From Prorocentrum cordatum (lineage: Eukaryota): a DNA stretch of 56,159 nt. Positions 11,036 to 23,655 of this stretch are shown in pieces. The first letter of the stretch is position 1. Each line of letters begins with the position of its first letter. The notes below the pieces were generated by a model. The model saw nothing but the letters and a program-made list of their open reading frames with translations, was not told the origin of the DNA and did not search any database. The DNA lies in NCBI GenBank assembly GCA_963575745.1, contig CAUYUJ010000108.1, forward strand, positions 62,001 through 118,159, written 5' to 3'. The position numbers and the translations under genes were made by a program.

Positions 11036-12492
11036 AGGAAGAACCGCAGGGAACACACGATCCACCGTGCGGTGCTCCCGAGCTCTAGCCAGGCCGATCG
11101 CACGCAACCTCCCCCTCCGTCCGCCGGGCCCGAGGCAAAAACACGACCCCAGACCCGGGCAGAGAGGCAGGGCTGGACCGGACCCAAACGCCGCAGATGC
11201 GGGCAAGCGTGAGGGGGCGGGCGCGGGGCGGCTCCCGGGGTGGGTCGCGGGGTGGGTCGCGGGGTGGGTCGCGGGTGGGTCGCGGGTGGGTCGCGTGGGG
11301 GACGACAATGTACATCTGCAGGAGGAGGAGGAGGAGGAGGAGGAGGAGGAGGAGGAGGAGGAGGAGGGAGGAGGAGGAGGGAGGAGGAGGCGCGAGCCAC
11401 CGCATCTCTCCACAACTCCGGCCGCGGAGCGCACGCGGCCTCCAGGCAACCCGCCGGGCCCGACGCAGCCAAGCCGAACACCTGGGCAGCTTTGCTGGAC
11501 TTCGGCCCTGTTCTGTTCTGCCTTTTGGGGGGGAGGTGCAGGAAAGCAGGCACGGCAAAACGAACAACAAAACGAAGACAAGACGGAAAACAACGTTCAG
11601 GTCCAGCCCTGCAGAGAGGCACGTGCGCGCGTCACCTGAACGGCATTTTCGGAGTTTTTCGTTTTCGTTCTGTTTTCGTTTTCCCTCGTTTCGTCTTCAA
11701 CCCGCCCGCTGCCGCAAAACGAAGTCGAAACGAAAACGGCCCACGAAATCGCTAAAACACCGTTTGGGTCCAGCCCTGGAGAGGCACGTGCACGCGTCAC
11801 AAAAAAAATCGGTGCGGGAACCGGATCACGGCGTCGGTGGCGGAGACCGTGAAATCCTGGCGACTGCATTTTTTCGAGCCGGACGTCTTCGCCCCGTTTC
11901 GGGCCCCAGGACCCTCCCAGATCGATCCGGCTCGAAAGCTGGCGCAGAACGAGGGGGTCTGGGGCTCTGGGCGTGGTCTTTTGCGATGTTGCATTTTTTC
12001 GCGCCGTCGGATCTCAAGGAACCTATCATGTGCAACCGGCCCACTTCGAGCACCGCGTGCTTCTCCCTGCGTGGTCCCCGCGTTCGCGCACTGGTGAGCA
12101 CCTCGCGTGGCAGGCGCTCATCCCCCTGCCCCCTCAATCTGGGCATGCCCGGGTCCTCGTGGGTCAGGGAGGTGTTGACCGATGAAGCCGAGGCAGCACG
12201 CGCGACCCCACCAATGCGATCGCACGCTGTCGGGTGTAGGATGAGCGTGAGACGACGTTTCTTGACGAGGTGCGCGTGCGCCCGCGCCGTGTGCATCCGC
12301 CCTTTCGCCTCTACTACCAGCCAATTCACGCCGCTAGCGTCTTCGCGACCAAATGCGCCCCTGTCGATACCCTTTTGGCCCATCAATGCCATCATCGCCG
12401 TCACCCGGCATCATCGCGCCGTCCACCGTCACAGCTGCCCGCCACCCGCCATCTGGCCGACTCCGGGAATAGAAAAAAACGGCATACACATG

Positions 12493-12634
12493 ACTTTCGG
12501 CGCTCCGCGCGGATTTCTTGGATCTGCGCTGGACCCCCCCTCCCTGGCGCGCGGAGCGCGCCAGAGGCGGCGCTGGAGGCGCAGCCGGGTGGGCCCAGCG
12601 CGGATCCAAGCAACCCGCGCGGAGCGCCAAAAGT
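12493..12634. mobile_element. ~140-bp MITE-like hairpin element (family M1)
   Basis: 40-bp TIRs ACTTTCGGCGCTCCGCGCGGATTTCTTGGATCTGCGCTGG and CCAGCGCGGATCCAAGCAACCCGCGCGGAGCGCCAAAAGT (4 mismatches); core CTCCCTGGCGCGCGGAGCG. Confidence 0.75.
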
Positions 12635-12879
12635 TTCTGCTCGTGGCGTTCCCCCTTCTTCGCAAGAACGCCGAATCCCAGAATGCTGACGCCTCGTCTG
12701 AGCTTCCGCGAGGCCTTCCGCCAGCCCTCGCTGGCAGACCCGCCGCCGCTGCACTCCCGCCGGCCTCCTGTCCGCCCTCCCGCCGGAGGCGAGGTGGCGC
12801 CGAAGGCGTGGCCCCGTCTGGAGGGCGCCGCCTGCCTCTGCCACCATCCACGGCCGCCGCGTCCACCATCCCCAGCCAG

Positions 12880-13037
12880 CCACCACCAGCCAACCACCAC
12901 CACCAGCCAAGCACCACCACCACCAGCCAAGCACCACCACCACCACCACCACCACCACCAACAGCACCACCACCACCAACAGCACCACCACCACAACCAG
13001 CCAACCACCACCACCAGCCAACCACCAGCACCACCAG

Positions 13038-13075
<38 letters not shown>

Positions 13076-13088
13076 CCAGCACCGCCGC
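12880..13088. repeat. (CAC)n/(CAG)n microsatellite
   Basis: Directly visible. Confidence 0.9.
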
Positions 13089-13678
13089 ATAACGACCGCC
13101 ATCAACGTGGCCGCTACGGCATCGCCATCACGAGTGCGCCGCAGCACGGCCAGTGCCAGCAGATTTCCCCTTCATCTCCTCCTCCTCCTCCTCCTCCTCC
13201 TCCTCCTCCTCGTGCCCAATACCACACCTTCTCCGCATCCTCCTGCTTCCCCGACTCCGGTCAGGGCCCCCTATAGGTAGAACCTTGCCCCAAAACTATA
13301 TCAGTTTTGTCTTGTTTTTTTCACTTTGTCCCTTTTAAGATCTTTCACGAAGCGCGGAGGCGGGTCTCCCCATCGTCACCTCTTCCTCCTTCTGAAATTC
13401 CTCCTCCACTGCACGATCCACCAGCGCGCAAACACTGAAGGCACAACTGCCCGACCAAGCTCCGTCGCAAGCCTGGTGCGCATCCTTCCTTGCAAACATT
13501 GAGCATCCTTTGCACGAGACGAGTTCCTCCTCTTCCTGTTGCTGTAGCTCCTGCTCCTCCTCCTCCTCCGCTCCTCGCAACGCACCTCGGATCAATTCGC
13601 ATGTCCTCTTGGTGTTGCTGCGGGTAAATCAAAGCTTTGGCCAGCGGTGCCATTGACTATCCTCGACCTCCTCCTCGT

Positions 13679-13721
<43 letters not shown>

Positions 13722-13984
13722 CTCCTCCTTCCCCTCCCCCTGTTGGACGTTCGGGACACCCTCCTCCCGCCTCCCTCTTCCCTCATCGCTCCGCCCCCCC
13801 GAAGGGCGCACGGGGAGGAAACCGGAGGAGGGCCCGTTGAGACAACGGCGGCTCTCCCGCCCTCCTCGCCCAGTTTGGCGAGGTGTAGCCAGCCGTGGCG
13901 GCGAGGAGCCTCCCGGAGACCCAGGGAGAGAAGCACGGACAGCACGAGGGCCGCCGCGGGCTCGACTGGCCCTCCTCAGAGCAA

Positions 13985-14065
13985 ACTTTCTGAGGTCCGC
14001 GTGGGTTTCTCGGTTTGGTGCCCGGCCACCCTCCCTGGCGCGCGGAGCGCGCCAGAGTGGCCCAA
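13985..14065. mobile_element. M1 partial copy
   Basis: ACTTTCTGAGGTCCGCGTGG...CTCCCTGGCGCGCGGAGCGCGCCAGAG matches the left arm and core of 12493-12634. Confidence 0.55.
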
Positions 14066-14461
14066 CGGTACTGCACCGAGGACCTGCAATAGTGATATGA
14101 GTAATAAGCATGATATCACTCATAATGTGACGAATCATGCGGAACAGAAAAGTATGCCACAATAGCAAAAGGGGGGGCGTGACATCCGCGGAGACTCCAT
14201 GGCCCTGGCCATGATACGGTCGGGAACTTTTGCTTAGCGTGTCGCGGCGGCCCTGGCGGCGCGTTATGCCGAACAAGCGTATAGCGTGTCGCTCCGCTCC
14301 GCGGGGCGGGAAACTGGGAAAGGCTCGAGACGTTGACGCCTGGGGACTGGGACGTGGTAAGCGTGTCGCGCCGAGGCGTGGTGGGCCAGAACCCGAGGAG
14401 CGACACGCTAAATGAGCGTTCCTGACCGCATCTCGAGGAGCAGCAAGCGGCATAGACAGAC

Positions 14462-14601
14462 ACTTTCGGAGCTCCGCACGGATCTCTTAGATCGGCGCTG
14501 TATATCCCTCCCTGGCGCGCGGAGCGAGCCAGGGGCGGCGCCGGAGGCGCCGCCACGGGGCTCAGCGCCGATTCGAGAAACGCGCGCGGAGCTCCGACAG
14601 C
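14462..14601. mobile_element. M1 copy
   Basis: ACTTTCGGAGCTCCGCACGGATCTC...CGCGCGGAGCTCCGACAG with the same core. Confidence 0.7.
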
Positions 14602-16407
14602 TTGTGCTTATGCTACTTGTTCTTTCTTCGAGGACAGGAGGGGCCAGCCCACAAGGAACCTCCCACAAGAAAGCCATCCCTGAGACCCCAGGACGCCCCT
14701 CGGCTTCTGGTGCGGGAGCGCCACGCCTTCCACAGGCAGAACCCTCGAGACCCAAGAGAAAATGCTTCGTGGCACAGTGCCTCCCCTGCATGCCAGCACG
14801 GTGGGCGTTTCCCCTATTCCTTGTTCAGCCGAGCGGCGTCGGCCCTCGCGCCTCCTCCTCCTCCTCCTCCTCCTCCTCCTCCTCCTCCTCCTCCTCCTCC
14901 TCCTCCTCCTCTTCCTCCTCCTCCTCCTCCTCCTCCTCCTCCTCCTCCTCCTCCTTCGAGTACCCCCCGCCCCGTGGCTTCCGGGCCGTCGCCCCGTGGT
15001 CTCCGGCGGCCGTGCGGGGCGCTCCGCCCTTCCCCCCCCCCTCCCCCCCGGAGCGCTCTCGGCGAGGCGCAGCTGGTGGAGCAGATCGCCGAGGGCCGGC
15101 GAAGACGTCGTGAGGCCTCGAGCCTCGAAGGCCGAGGCCTTCTCTCTGGAACGCGGCATGCGCGCCCAGCTCTCCCGCGTCGTCACCGCCTCCCCTCGGA
15201 CGTCCCCGAGGGAGAGGGGAAACAAACAACTTTCTTGGGGCGCGGGTGCGAGGTGGCCAGTGGGCACGAGGCTGGTGTAGAGGCCGGTCGGCGACGGGGG
15301 GGGCGCTCCAAAGACGTATTGAGGCGCGAGAGGCAGAAGCGCGGGTGGGAGGAGGAGGAGGAGGAGGAGGAGGAGGAAGAGGAGGAGGAGGAGGAGGAGG
15401 AGGAGGAGGAGGAGGAGGAGGGAGGCGAGGAGGAGTTCGCTCCTTCCTAATGTAATTTCCAAGGTTAAGGGTCAACCATAAAACCCTGGCCCACAGATAG
15501 GGCACGATTTTTATACTTCATAGGCCAGCCTAAACAGGCCAGCCTTGCGACACGTTATCACACGAATGGACAGGCTGGACAATAAGGGAGGGTTCGTGCA
15601 AAACCCGAGAAGAACAGCACAAAAAAAGCACGAGGGTCCTAATACCGAGGTGATTCGGGGTAAATCCAAAAAACACTGCGCTGCAACCCTGCAACTGCCA
15701 CACTATGCTGTGTCTTTCTTTTGATGCTGCACTCGGCAGCTCACGTGACCCACTCCTCTACTTTTCCTCGCAACGGCACCACCCCATCCCCTCCATGTTA
15801 CACGTACTCACAGTAGTACTCTTCGGGAGTGTTGGAATGCGCAATGCTTCCTCTATCTGTTGCCTCGTCTGCACTTTGGCAGATCAACGCCACTTTTTTG
15901 TAGCTATTCCCGGCCATGAGAGGCTCCAAGCCACAAGGCCAACCATCATTGCCTGAGCCAGCCTTGCAACGTATGACCTGCCTACTCTGACTGGTGGGTT
16001 GGTGGCGGATTGCGGTGGTCACTAGAGGACGATGGTTGTGGTGGAGGGCACTCACATACGGTTTGGAGTCAACCAAAACCCTGGGCAGCAACCCTAGAAC
16101 TGCACAGTCACTGCGGCGCCCTCTGCACTCTTGCACTGATTGCAGCAATTACCTAATGAACATTGCCATTCTCAATGTATTCCAGGGTTTACTCTTGCTC
16201 TGGGCTTCACCACTAAGGTACATGCTGCTTTACCTGGCGGGCGGCTACTATTCTACCTATGCTTTTCACTCTCTCTATTTACGGCCTTAGCCGCGGCGCC
16301 TGCCAGGTACCCTTTGCGCCGAGTCGTTTGCACTTTACTTTCTTTGCCGCACTTCAAGAACGCCACGTGCGAAAGCGTAAGGTCTGGCCCCCCCAGAAAA
16401 ACAAAAA

Positions 16408-16617
16408 GGAGGAGGAGGAGGCTGAGGAGGAGGAGGAGGCGGAGGAGGAGGAGGAGGAGGAGGGGGAGGGCGCAGATGATGATGATGATGCTGATGCTGC
16501 TGATGATGATGATGATGATATGATGATGATGATGATGACGATGATGATTGTGATGATGATGATGGTGATGCTGATGATGATGCTGCTGATGATGATGGTG
16601 ATGATGATGATGCTATT

Positions 16618-16649
<32 letters not shown>

Positions 16650-16745
16650 GGAGGAGGCTGAGGCTGAGGATGATGATGATGAGGAGGAGGAGGAGGAGGA
16701 GGAGGAGGAGGAGGAGGAGAAGGAGGAGGAGGAGGAGGAGGAGGA
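16408..16745. repeat. (GAG)n and (GAT)n microsatellites
   Basis: Directly visible. Confidence 0.95.
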
Positions 16746-16977
16746 CTGGAAGGGCGGACGGCGGAGGGGCCGAACAAGACAGAGACAAATACGCGTCCTG
16801 CCGGGCTCCGCCGCGGGCTCGGCGGGGGGTTGGGCGCTGGACGCGGCCGCCGGGGTGCGGGGCGCGAAACGCCCGCCCGCTCTCGCCTCCGGGGGTGGGC
16901 GCCGCCACGGCCGACGGGCAGCACTTCCTCGTGTCCCGCCCCCCCCACCTCCGCTGCCAGTCTACTTCGTCTCTTCC

Positions 16978-16981
<4 letters not shown>

Positions 16982-17022
<41 letters not shown>

Positions 17023-17049
17023 GCATGTTCTTTAGTTATTTTTTATTTT

Positions 17050-17108
<59 letters not shown>

Positions 17109-17180
17109 GCACATATAGCTATCTCTATATCTTTCTCTTTCTCTTTCTCTTTCTCTCTCTGCATCTCTGTCCCTCTCTCT
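16982..17180. repeat. (CT)n microsatellite flanking the YR element
   Basis: Directly visible; another (CT)n tract lies at 19163-19220 on the other side. Confidence 0.95.
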
Positions 17181-17188
17181 CCGCACTG

Positions 17189-19153
17189 TTAGCTCCTGCT
17201 CCTAATCCTCCTCCTACGCGTTCTTTTCTCCATTGGCCAAGCACACGAGGTCACACCCCGGCCTCATGGCGCAGCGGCGCCAGAGGGAGAAAGAGGGTGG
17301 GAAGGCGGGACAAGCGGCCCCTCCTGTGACACAGAAAGGCTGCGGAGAAGACAAGGGAGCAGAGGGGGAAGTGAGACGGATGCATGCAAGTGTGGAGGCA
17401 GGGGGCGGAGAGACTAACTGCGCTTCGCATTTCTGAATCCGCATTAGCTCCTGCTCCTAATCCTCCTCCTGCGCGTTCTTTTCTCCATTGGCGAAGTCGC
17501 GCGCACGAGGTCACATCCCAACCCCAGTGCCAATGGAACCGAAAAAGGGGGGTGGCCACGGTGCAGCGGGCAAACGCGCCCACGTGGCCGCGCTCATTTC
17601 TCGGGCCCCGAATCATCGATGACCCCTTGCACGAGCAAGCCAGCTGCAACCTCGTCGCCCGACGCGTACGGTCGCGCGGACGTGACAGAACGCCAACCGC
17701 CACGGGAAAGCATGGCTTCGACTCCAGAGGCCGCAAAGACGTCGCTCGCAGCTCCGCGCCAGACATCGTGCCCAAACCGCACTTCGGGGCTGGCGACCCC
17801 GATGGCTTGCAAGTGGCGTCGGAATTCGGCCGTCCACGTCGCAGGCGTATGCCCGCCGAACGGAGGGCCCCCAGCTGCGATCGCATGGTCCCACACAGGA
17901 AGCCAAGTGTGCAAGCAGATGCCCCCATCTGTGTCGCACAAGCAAAAGGCATCAAAGGTGCACAGATCCACGCGCTGCTTTCGCCGGATGGGGCCATACA
18001 TGAATAGCCCCCCAGCGACCTGTACAAGATCACGATGGCACTGCGCGAACAACTCAGAGGGCATCCGCAAAAAGAAAATTGTATGCCAAGACGGCGATGA
18101 TGCACCACCACTGTCGCTGGTGCGCCATCGAATGGCGGAGCAAACGCCGCAAAAACCGGCGATCAACCTTTTGCCTCGGCAGTGCGGGCGTCCGGCACTT
18201 TGCGGTGCCGAGCCTTATGCCTTTCAAAATGACATCTTGGTCACCCTGCCACGGCACGCCAGCTACCTGGTGAGCCAGGGCCCACGCGCTCAACCAACCA
18301 CGCTGCGTTGACGCGCGCGCACACACCACCGCGACGCGGCGAGTGTGCTGCACACTGCACCCCAGCGGGGGCTCACCCAGGAGCTCGCAAGCCCATGCAA
18401 CCATACGGAGATGCGACGCGTATGTAATCAATGTAGACGGTACCGCTTTGCACAGAAACCGGCTCTCAACCACCGTGTCGGCCAGCCGGGGCAGGTCCGC
18501 ACCTCGAGCACGAGCTTCGCTCATGGCCTGCAGCACCTCGCGGGGCGGGCCGCCATCTGGGTGCCCGAAGGAGCACCGCCTGTCCCGGCTCAGCGCCGTC
18601 ATCATGTCGACGTTCCGTCTGGCGGCAGCACTGCGCAAACTGCCCACCACGGCCCAGTACGTCGACCAGGCCTCAGCGGGGCCAGGCTCGCGCGGAGCAC
18701 CACAAGCAGTGGCCTGGACCCCGCGGGGGTCTGCATCAGCACGCAGGCAGCCGAGCGCGCTGCCGCTGCCCGTGGGCACAGCGGTGCAAGACTGCCCGGC
18801 GCCCTCCGGCGCAGCCAGGGGCCTCGGAAGGCCCTTGGGCGACCGGCAACACAACCCGCGCGGTTGCAGGAGCGGGGCCCGACGGGGCCTGGAGTGCTGC
18901 CGCAGCGGCGGCGGCACGGGGCGCGGGCACCTGACGGGCCGGCTCCCGGCGGCCCTGGGTCTTGAGCCTGCCGTGAAGGACCCGCGGCGGGGAGCGCACC
19001 GGCGCGCACCTATGCAAGCGCGGGGCCATGCGCCCGGCAGGGCGCGCGGGCCGAGAGCCGGACTCATGTGGGCACGCCGAGCTTGAGCCTGGTAGCGCTG
19101 GGTGTCGTCGTCTGCCCGGTCGTCCCTCTCCCCGCATTTGTGAATCCGCGTTA
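17189..19153 (-). mobile_element. Tyrosine-recombinase element with split direct repeats (A1-YR-B1-A2-B2); no RT or RNase H detected
   Basis: A1 19133-19153 matches A2 17426-17446 at 19/21; B1 17444-17492 matches B2 17189-17237 at 48/49; both termini carry TTA, and A2 and B1 overlap at TTA. Confidence 0.8.
17594..19067 (-). pseudogene. Tyrosine recombinase (DIRS/Ngaro/Crypton-type) with one homopolymer frameshift
   Basis: N-terminal binding-like region STLITYASHLRMVAWACELLG; AYNFL|LRMPSE (catalytic R; extra T in the T-run at 18069-18073); RRK; CLC..C; GHDVWRGAA (HxxR); GGWRS; ARPY (catalytic Y). Confidence 0.85.
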
Positions 19154-19163
19154 TTTTTTTGTT

Positions 19164-19194
<31 letters not shown>

Positions 19195-20239
19195 GTTTGT
19201 CTCTATCCCTCTCTCTCTCTTTCCTTCTAAAGTTGCGTGTTCTGTTTGCATGTTTTCCCCATTTCGGCTTGACCTAGAACATTCTTCCGTGTTTGTGGCG
19301 AAACTGGTGGGTGCCGCACGTAGTCACGCCAGGGTTCCCCTGGGTTGCTTGGTCTTGTTTCCTTACCATGGGGTTCCTCGGGGTTCTCTGCTCTTGATTG
19401 TCACAAGGCTTTGCCTGAGTTTCTTGGTCTTTCTTTACGCCTTGCCTTGGCTCCTTGATTTTTTTCATTGGTTCCTTGGTCTTGGTTCCTTGGGGTTGCT
19501 TGGTCTTCTTTCCTTACTGTGGCCTTCCCTGGGGTTGCTTGGTTTTGCTTCCTTGATGTGGTGTTGCCCAGGGTTGCTTGTTTTTGGTTACATTACTGCA
19601 TTTCTTGCTTCCTTAGCGCGTTCCCCAGGTTGCTTGGCCTTATTTCGAAGCAGCCCCAAGCAACGCCAAACAACGCCGAGCAACGCCAAGCAATGTCAAC
19701 CAATGCGCGTATGCAATATAGGCCATTCATCTAATTGGGGTGGCGCTGGGTTATGTTTTGTGTTTCGGTTTGTTTTTGCGTATATATACATGCACACCTT
19801 GCTTTTTGTGTAAACGCATATGTGTACCATAACCATCGGACGCGGTTCGTGCGCGCTCAAGCTCTAGCCCATGCGGGGGGGTCCACAAGCGTCGGCGGCC
19901 GCTGCATCGAAGGGCACGAGGAATCATAATTGTCATCACTGTCAAAGTCCTGATCGTCACCATTATCGTCACTGGCGCCACTAAGAACATCGTAATCCTC
20001 ATGAGCACCATCACCATCACCATCATCATCTCCATCACCATCACTGGCATCACCATCATCGTCGTCGTAATCAGCGTCATCACCACCATCGTTATCAGCA
20101 CCAGGATCATCATTACCCCCATCACCATAACCATCAGAAGTATCATCGTGGTCATCGTCACGCGAGCGCTCTCTCGCGTGACTTAACTCGCGCTGCTGTA
20201 GGAGCCCGCTGGGCGCTCTCCTTGGCCGCGCGGGCCCTC

Positions 20240-20770
20240 GTGGGAGTGCTCTTGAAGGCATCTTGGGTCGTCTTGTACGCCTCTGTCAGCGGTTCGGAGC
20301 GTTCTTGGAGTGTGTCGGGGACCCTATGGGGCTCTCTTGGCCCGTCTGGGGGCCGTCTGGGACGCCTCGGAGGTGCCTCGGGAGCCGTCTTCGGAATCCC
20401 AGGGGCTGCATCGGCACGCACCCGCTGGGGGGCGTCTGAGGCGGTCCTGGCTGGGGCGATCTCGGATGCCTCTTGCGCCGTCTGAGAATGGAGAAACCAG
20501 AAAAGGTCAAACCGTTAGAGAACATCAGCGATGTGTTTTGTTCTTGGGACTCTTGCGGGAGTGCTCTTGGAGGCATCCTGGGGCGTCCTGGAGGCCTGTT
20601 GGGCCTTCAGGAGGCCATCTGGTGCTTGTTGAGCGCCTCCGTCAGCGATTTGAGTCGTTCTTCGATCGTCTTGGGGGCCCCTGTGGGCTCTCTTAGCCCG
20701 CCTCGGGGCCGTCTGGCACGCCTCTGGGGCCGTTGGGGAGAGGCCTCAGAGGCACGGGGCCCCCATGGAA
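20240..20770. repeat. Degenerate ~10-11-bp minisatellite family (CCTCTTGGGCC / GGCCCAAGAGG)
   Basis: The same family recurs at ~22870-23520, 24995-25530, 28930-29435, 33100-33740 and 42490-43620. Confidence 0.75.
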
Positions 20771-20812
20771 AGTCGAGGCACCTGGCTGGAGCAGCCGACC
20801 CTGTATCCCGCT

Positions 20813-21008
20813 ATATGCATGTATGCATGCATGCATGTAACTATGCACGCAACTATGCATGTTTATATGTATGTATGTATGCACGTACGTTTGATGTATG
20901 CATGCATGCATGTATGCATGCATGCAGATATGCATGTATGCATGCATGTGTGTGTGTATGTATGTATGTATGTATGTATGTATGTATGTATATTTGTATG
21001 TATATATG

Positions 21009-21044
<36 letters not shown>

Positions 21045-21522
21045 TGTATGTATGTGCTTACATGCGTACGTACGTACGTATGTATGCATGCATGTATCTA
21101 TGTGTGTATGTGTGTATGCATACATGCATGCATGTATGTCTGGGTATGTATGTATAATTATGTATGTATGCATATATATATACATATATGCATGCATGTA
21201 TGCATGTATATATGCATACATGTACATATGTATCTATGCATGTTTGTATGTAACTATGTATGTATGTTTGAATGTAGGTATGATTGCATGTATGTGCATT
21301 TATGTATGTATGCATGCATATATATATATATATATATGCATGTATGTATGCACGCATGCATACATGTATGTATGTATGTATCTATGTATGTATGCATGTA
21401 TGCATGTTTGCATGTATGCATGCATGCATGTATGCATGTGTGTATGTATGTATATATCTATGTATGTATGTATGTATGTATGCCTGTAGGTATGTATGTA
21501 TGTATGTATGTATGTATGTATG
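20813..21522. repeat. (TATG/CATG)n satellite
   Basis: Directly visible. Confidence 0.95.
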
Positions 21523-21719
21523 GGCGCGGTTCGCGCGCACTCACAATCTACACACATTCAGAAGAATGCTTGCCGCGATAACCCAATATCAATCCTTGAC
21601 GATCTTCTCGCCCTCCTCCGGTTCCTCCGCTCTGCAATCTGGCAACCATCTTGGGCGCTCTTGGAACGCTCACGAGCTGTCTGTGACCCTCTGGAGCTGC
21701 TGAAGGAGGCTCTTACGCC

Positions 21720-22672
21720 CGCGCCAGGCGCCAGAGTGAATGGAGAGCGGGGGCAATTTGAAAAAGCAATGATTGCTGGAAAGTATTATTTTCTTCAAGT
21801 GGGGGCCGCATTCCATTTAGTCAGGCGGGAAGCGAGGCGAGGGAGGAAGGAGGAGAGATATGTGGAACGGGGGAAGGAGGAAGCCCAAGAAGAGGAGAGA
21901 AATGAAGACGGGGTAACGAAGAGCGAGAGCGGGAGGAGGAGGATGCGCATTGTGGGACTCGCTCGCGCCAGCCGAATGAATAGAGACGGGGGGCAACTTG
22001 AAACACATATGAATTTGTCTTTTTGTGGTTGTTCTCCAAATAGGAGTTCTAACTCAAACCCTACTAATTGGTCCGTTGCCCCCCCCCCCCTTAACCCCTA
22101 TGATCCCCCAATTCCTTTGGCTATGGCTATGGCTATGCAGATGCCTATGCCTCCCCCCTAACGCCTATGTTTTCAATGCTTGCTTGCTTGTGTGCTTGCT
22201 CACTTGCGCGCTTGCTTGCTTGCTTGCTTGCGCGCTTGCTTGCACGCTTGCTTGCTTGCTGAGTTACGGATTCCAAGAATGCTTGATTCCTCTGATTCCT
22301 TGAGCTGAACCGTCTAATCTATTTGGAGTCAACGCTGGCTGGTATTCTTCCTTTTAGTTGGTCGGGAAGTGGGGCGTGGGAGGAACGAGTGAAGGAGAGA
22401 TATGTGGAACGGGAGAAGGAGGAAGCTCAAGAAGTGAAGATAATCAGAGAAGGTGTAACGAAGAGCGAGGGCGGGAGGAGAAGGAGGCGCATTGTGGAAC
22501 ACGCTTGCGACAGCCGAGTGAATGGAGGGAAGGGCCAACTTGAAACAAGTATGGAATTGTGGGAACTCCTTTTTGTTCAAGTGGGGGAGCTTTGTTTTTA
22601 ATTGGTCGGGAAGCGGGGCGTGGGAGGAAGGAATGAAGGAGAGAGATGTGGAATGGGAGAAGGAGGAACTTG
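21720..22672 (+). repeat. Locally duplicated purine-rich unit (GGAGAGATATGTGGAACGGG..AAGGAGGAAG..GTAACGAAGAGCGAG..GCGCATTGTGG..CAACTTGAAACA)
   Basis: Copies at ~21852-22007 and ~22394-22547, partial at ~22600-22670. Confidence 0.7.
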
Positions 22673-23584
22673 GAGCCATGCCGGGCTCTCTGGCACGATC
22701 TTGTTAACCATCTTGCCATCTTTGCAAGTCGGGGCATGTTGGGCGATCTGGCGGCTTTCTTGGACCGGGTTTGGGCAAACCTGAGGAAACAAGAAATCAA
22801 CACTTGTTCTTCTTTTGCTCAAGTTGCCGCCCAGCCCATCTTGCGACCATCCCTGGGTTGTGGGTCAGAGGCTTCTTGGATACCTGTATGGGCCTCTTGG
22901 GATGCCTCTTGGAGGGCTCTTGGAATTAGTGTTGAAGCCCTCGAGACTTCTTGAGGGCCTCTTCTCCTCTTTTTTGAACCTCCTGGGAGCCTCTTGCCGC
23001 CTCGTAGGGGCCTCTTAGGAGCATCTTGGGGGCCTCTTGGCGGCCTCGGGGCTCACCTTGTGGCGGAGGGCTCGAACTGCATGCAGCTCGGAGTCCCCCC
23101 TCTGTAGGCCCCTCTTGGACTGTCATCGGGGCTTCTTAGCCGTCTCGGGGCCATCTTGAGCCTTCTGGAGGCCCTCCAGGGCCGTCAGGACGTTCTCTTG
23201 GGGGTCTCGGGGAGGCGTCTGGGGTTGTCTTGGGTCGCCGGAAGCTATTGAAGGCGACAGCGGTCAAATCCTTCCAAGACCAAAGGGAAATCTGTTTTTT
23301 GGGTATCCTGAGGGCCTCTTGACGCGCTGGGAGCTCTCTTGGGGCGTCTTGAAGGCCTCTTGGGCCGTGCTGAGGCCATCCTGAGCGCTCTTGGAGCGCT
23401 CTTGGATCGTCTTTGGGTCCTCTTGGGCCCCTCTTAGGCCGTCTTGGGGGTATCTTAGGCTGTCTGGGAGGGCTCTTGGGTCTTCTTGAGGCCTCCTGGA
23501 GGCCCCTTGGAGGGGGTATGAAAAAATGCCAAGAGATGGTTGCGAGGTGTCGAACCCCCGGTCGGTGTGTGTGGTGCTCATGAT

Positions 23585-23623
23585 ATACGTGGATATATAC
23601 GCACATATGCACGTATGTATGTG

Positions 23624-23655
<32 letters not shown>

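Noticed and set aside
11197..13092. 631-aa plus-strand ORF and 192-aa minus-strand ORF (11826-12404)
   Set aside because: The long ORF runs through microsatellites and an M1 element, and neither shows recognisable motifs. An old coding relic at ~12.0-12.4 kb cannot be excluded.
22805..22825. TTTTGCTCAAG SL-like motif (also TTCCTGCTCAAG on the minus strand near 53064-53075)
   Set aside because: These are short matches with no credible ORF or element boundary next to them.
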